A stretch of 64,000 nucleotides of DNA. Source: Vicugna vicugna. Lineage: Eukaryota. Both the position numbers and the translations under genes were made by a program. Shown in pieces: positions 63,861 through 64,000 of this stretch. Location: the NCBI GenBank assembly GCA_013265495.1, contig MU058584.1, positions 7,468,407 through 7,532,406 on the forward strand, in the 5' to 3' direction. The notes under the pieces were generated by a model. That model was not told the DNA's origin, did no database searches, and worked only from the letters and a program-made list of their open reading frames with translations. Every line of letters starts with the position of its first letter. Positions within the stretch are counted from its first letter, which is position 1.

Positions 63861-64000
63861 GCAGCCTGCCAGGTCCAGCATTCTTTCTCTCTTCCCCACA
63901 CACTGTCCCCTTCACCTGACTTTTCCCCTGAGTGACAGACAGGAGAGCAGCAGCAGTGTCTGCCCCATCTCTGTCCTCCAGGTAGGGCAATTTTGACTTT

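Larger units (their letters stand above)
1..64000 (+). other. DNM3: Long intron of dynamin-3 (host gene, sense strand +); no DNM3 exon recognised in the window
   Basis: Inferred from established synteny: miR-199a-2/miR-214 lie antisense within a DNM3 intron in mammals. No dynamin-like peptide appears in the ORF track, and I saw no PH-domain exon sequence. Confidence 0.88.

Overview
AT-rich mammalian intronic DNA with no credible protein-coding exon. A tRNA-derived SINE and a young L1 3' end suggest a camelid (alpaca, llama or camel). The window contains the miR-199a-2/miR-214 cluster on the minus strand (hairpins at 9355-9464 and 3604-3713, about 5.7 kb apart). This identifies it as the DNM3OS antisense lncRNA/pri-miRNA locus inside a long intron of dynamin-3 (DNM3, + strand). 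The plus-strand reading of the miR-214 hairpin is the mirror miRNA miR-3120. The first ~11.8 kb (DNM3OS body and promoter) is almost free of recognisable interspersed repeats. It carries a locally CpG-rich promoter with a perfect CArG box and a TGACGTGG element. The remaining ~52 kb is an ordinary repeat landscape: MIR, L2, CR1/L3, an L1M fragment, MaLR/ERVL/ERV1 solo LTRs, Charlie1 and microsatellites. Notable items there are a twin-primed inverted L1, a perfect 4 x 46-bp minisatellite and a strong CTCF-like motif inside a MIR. I see no new biological system. The best leads are regulatory and RNA-structural features of this known bidirectional miRNA locus. All family assignments are by eye and from memory; no searches were run.
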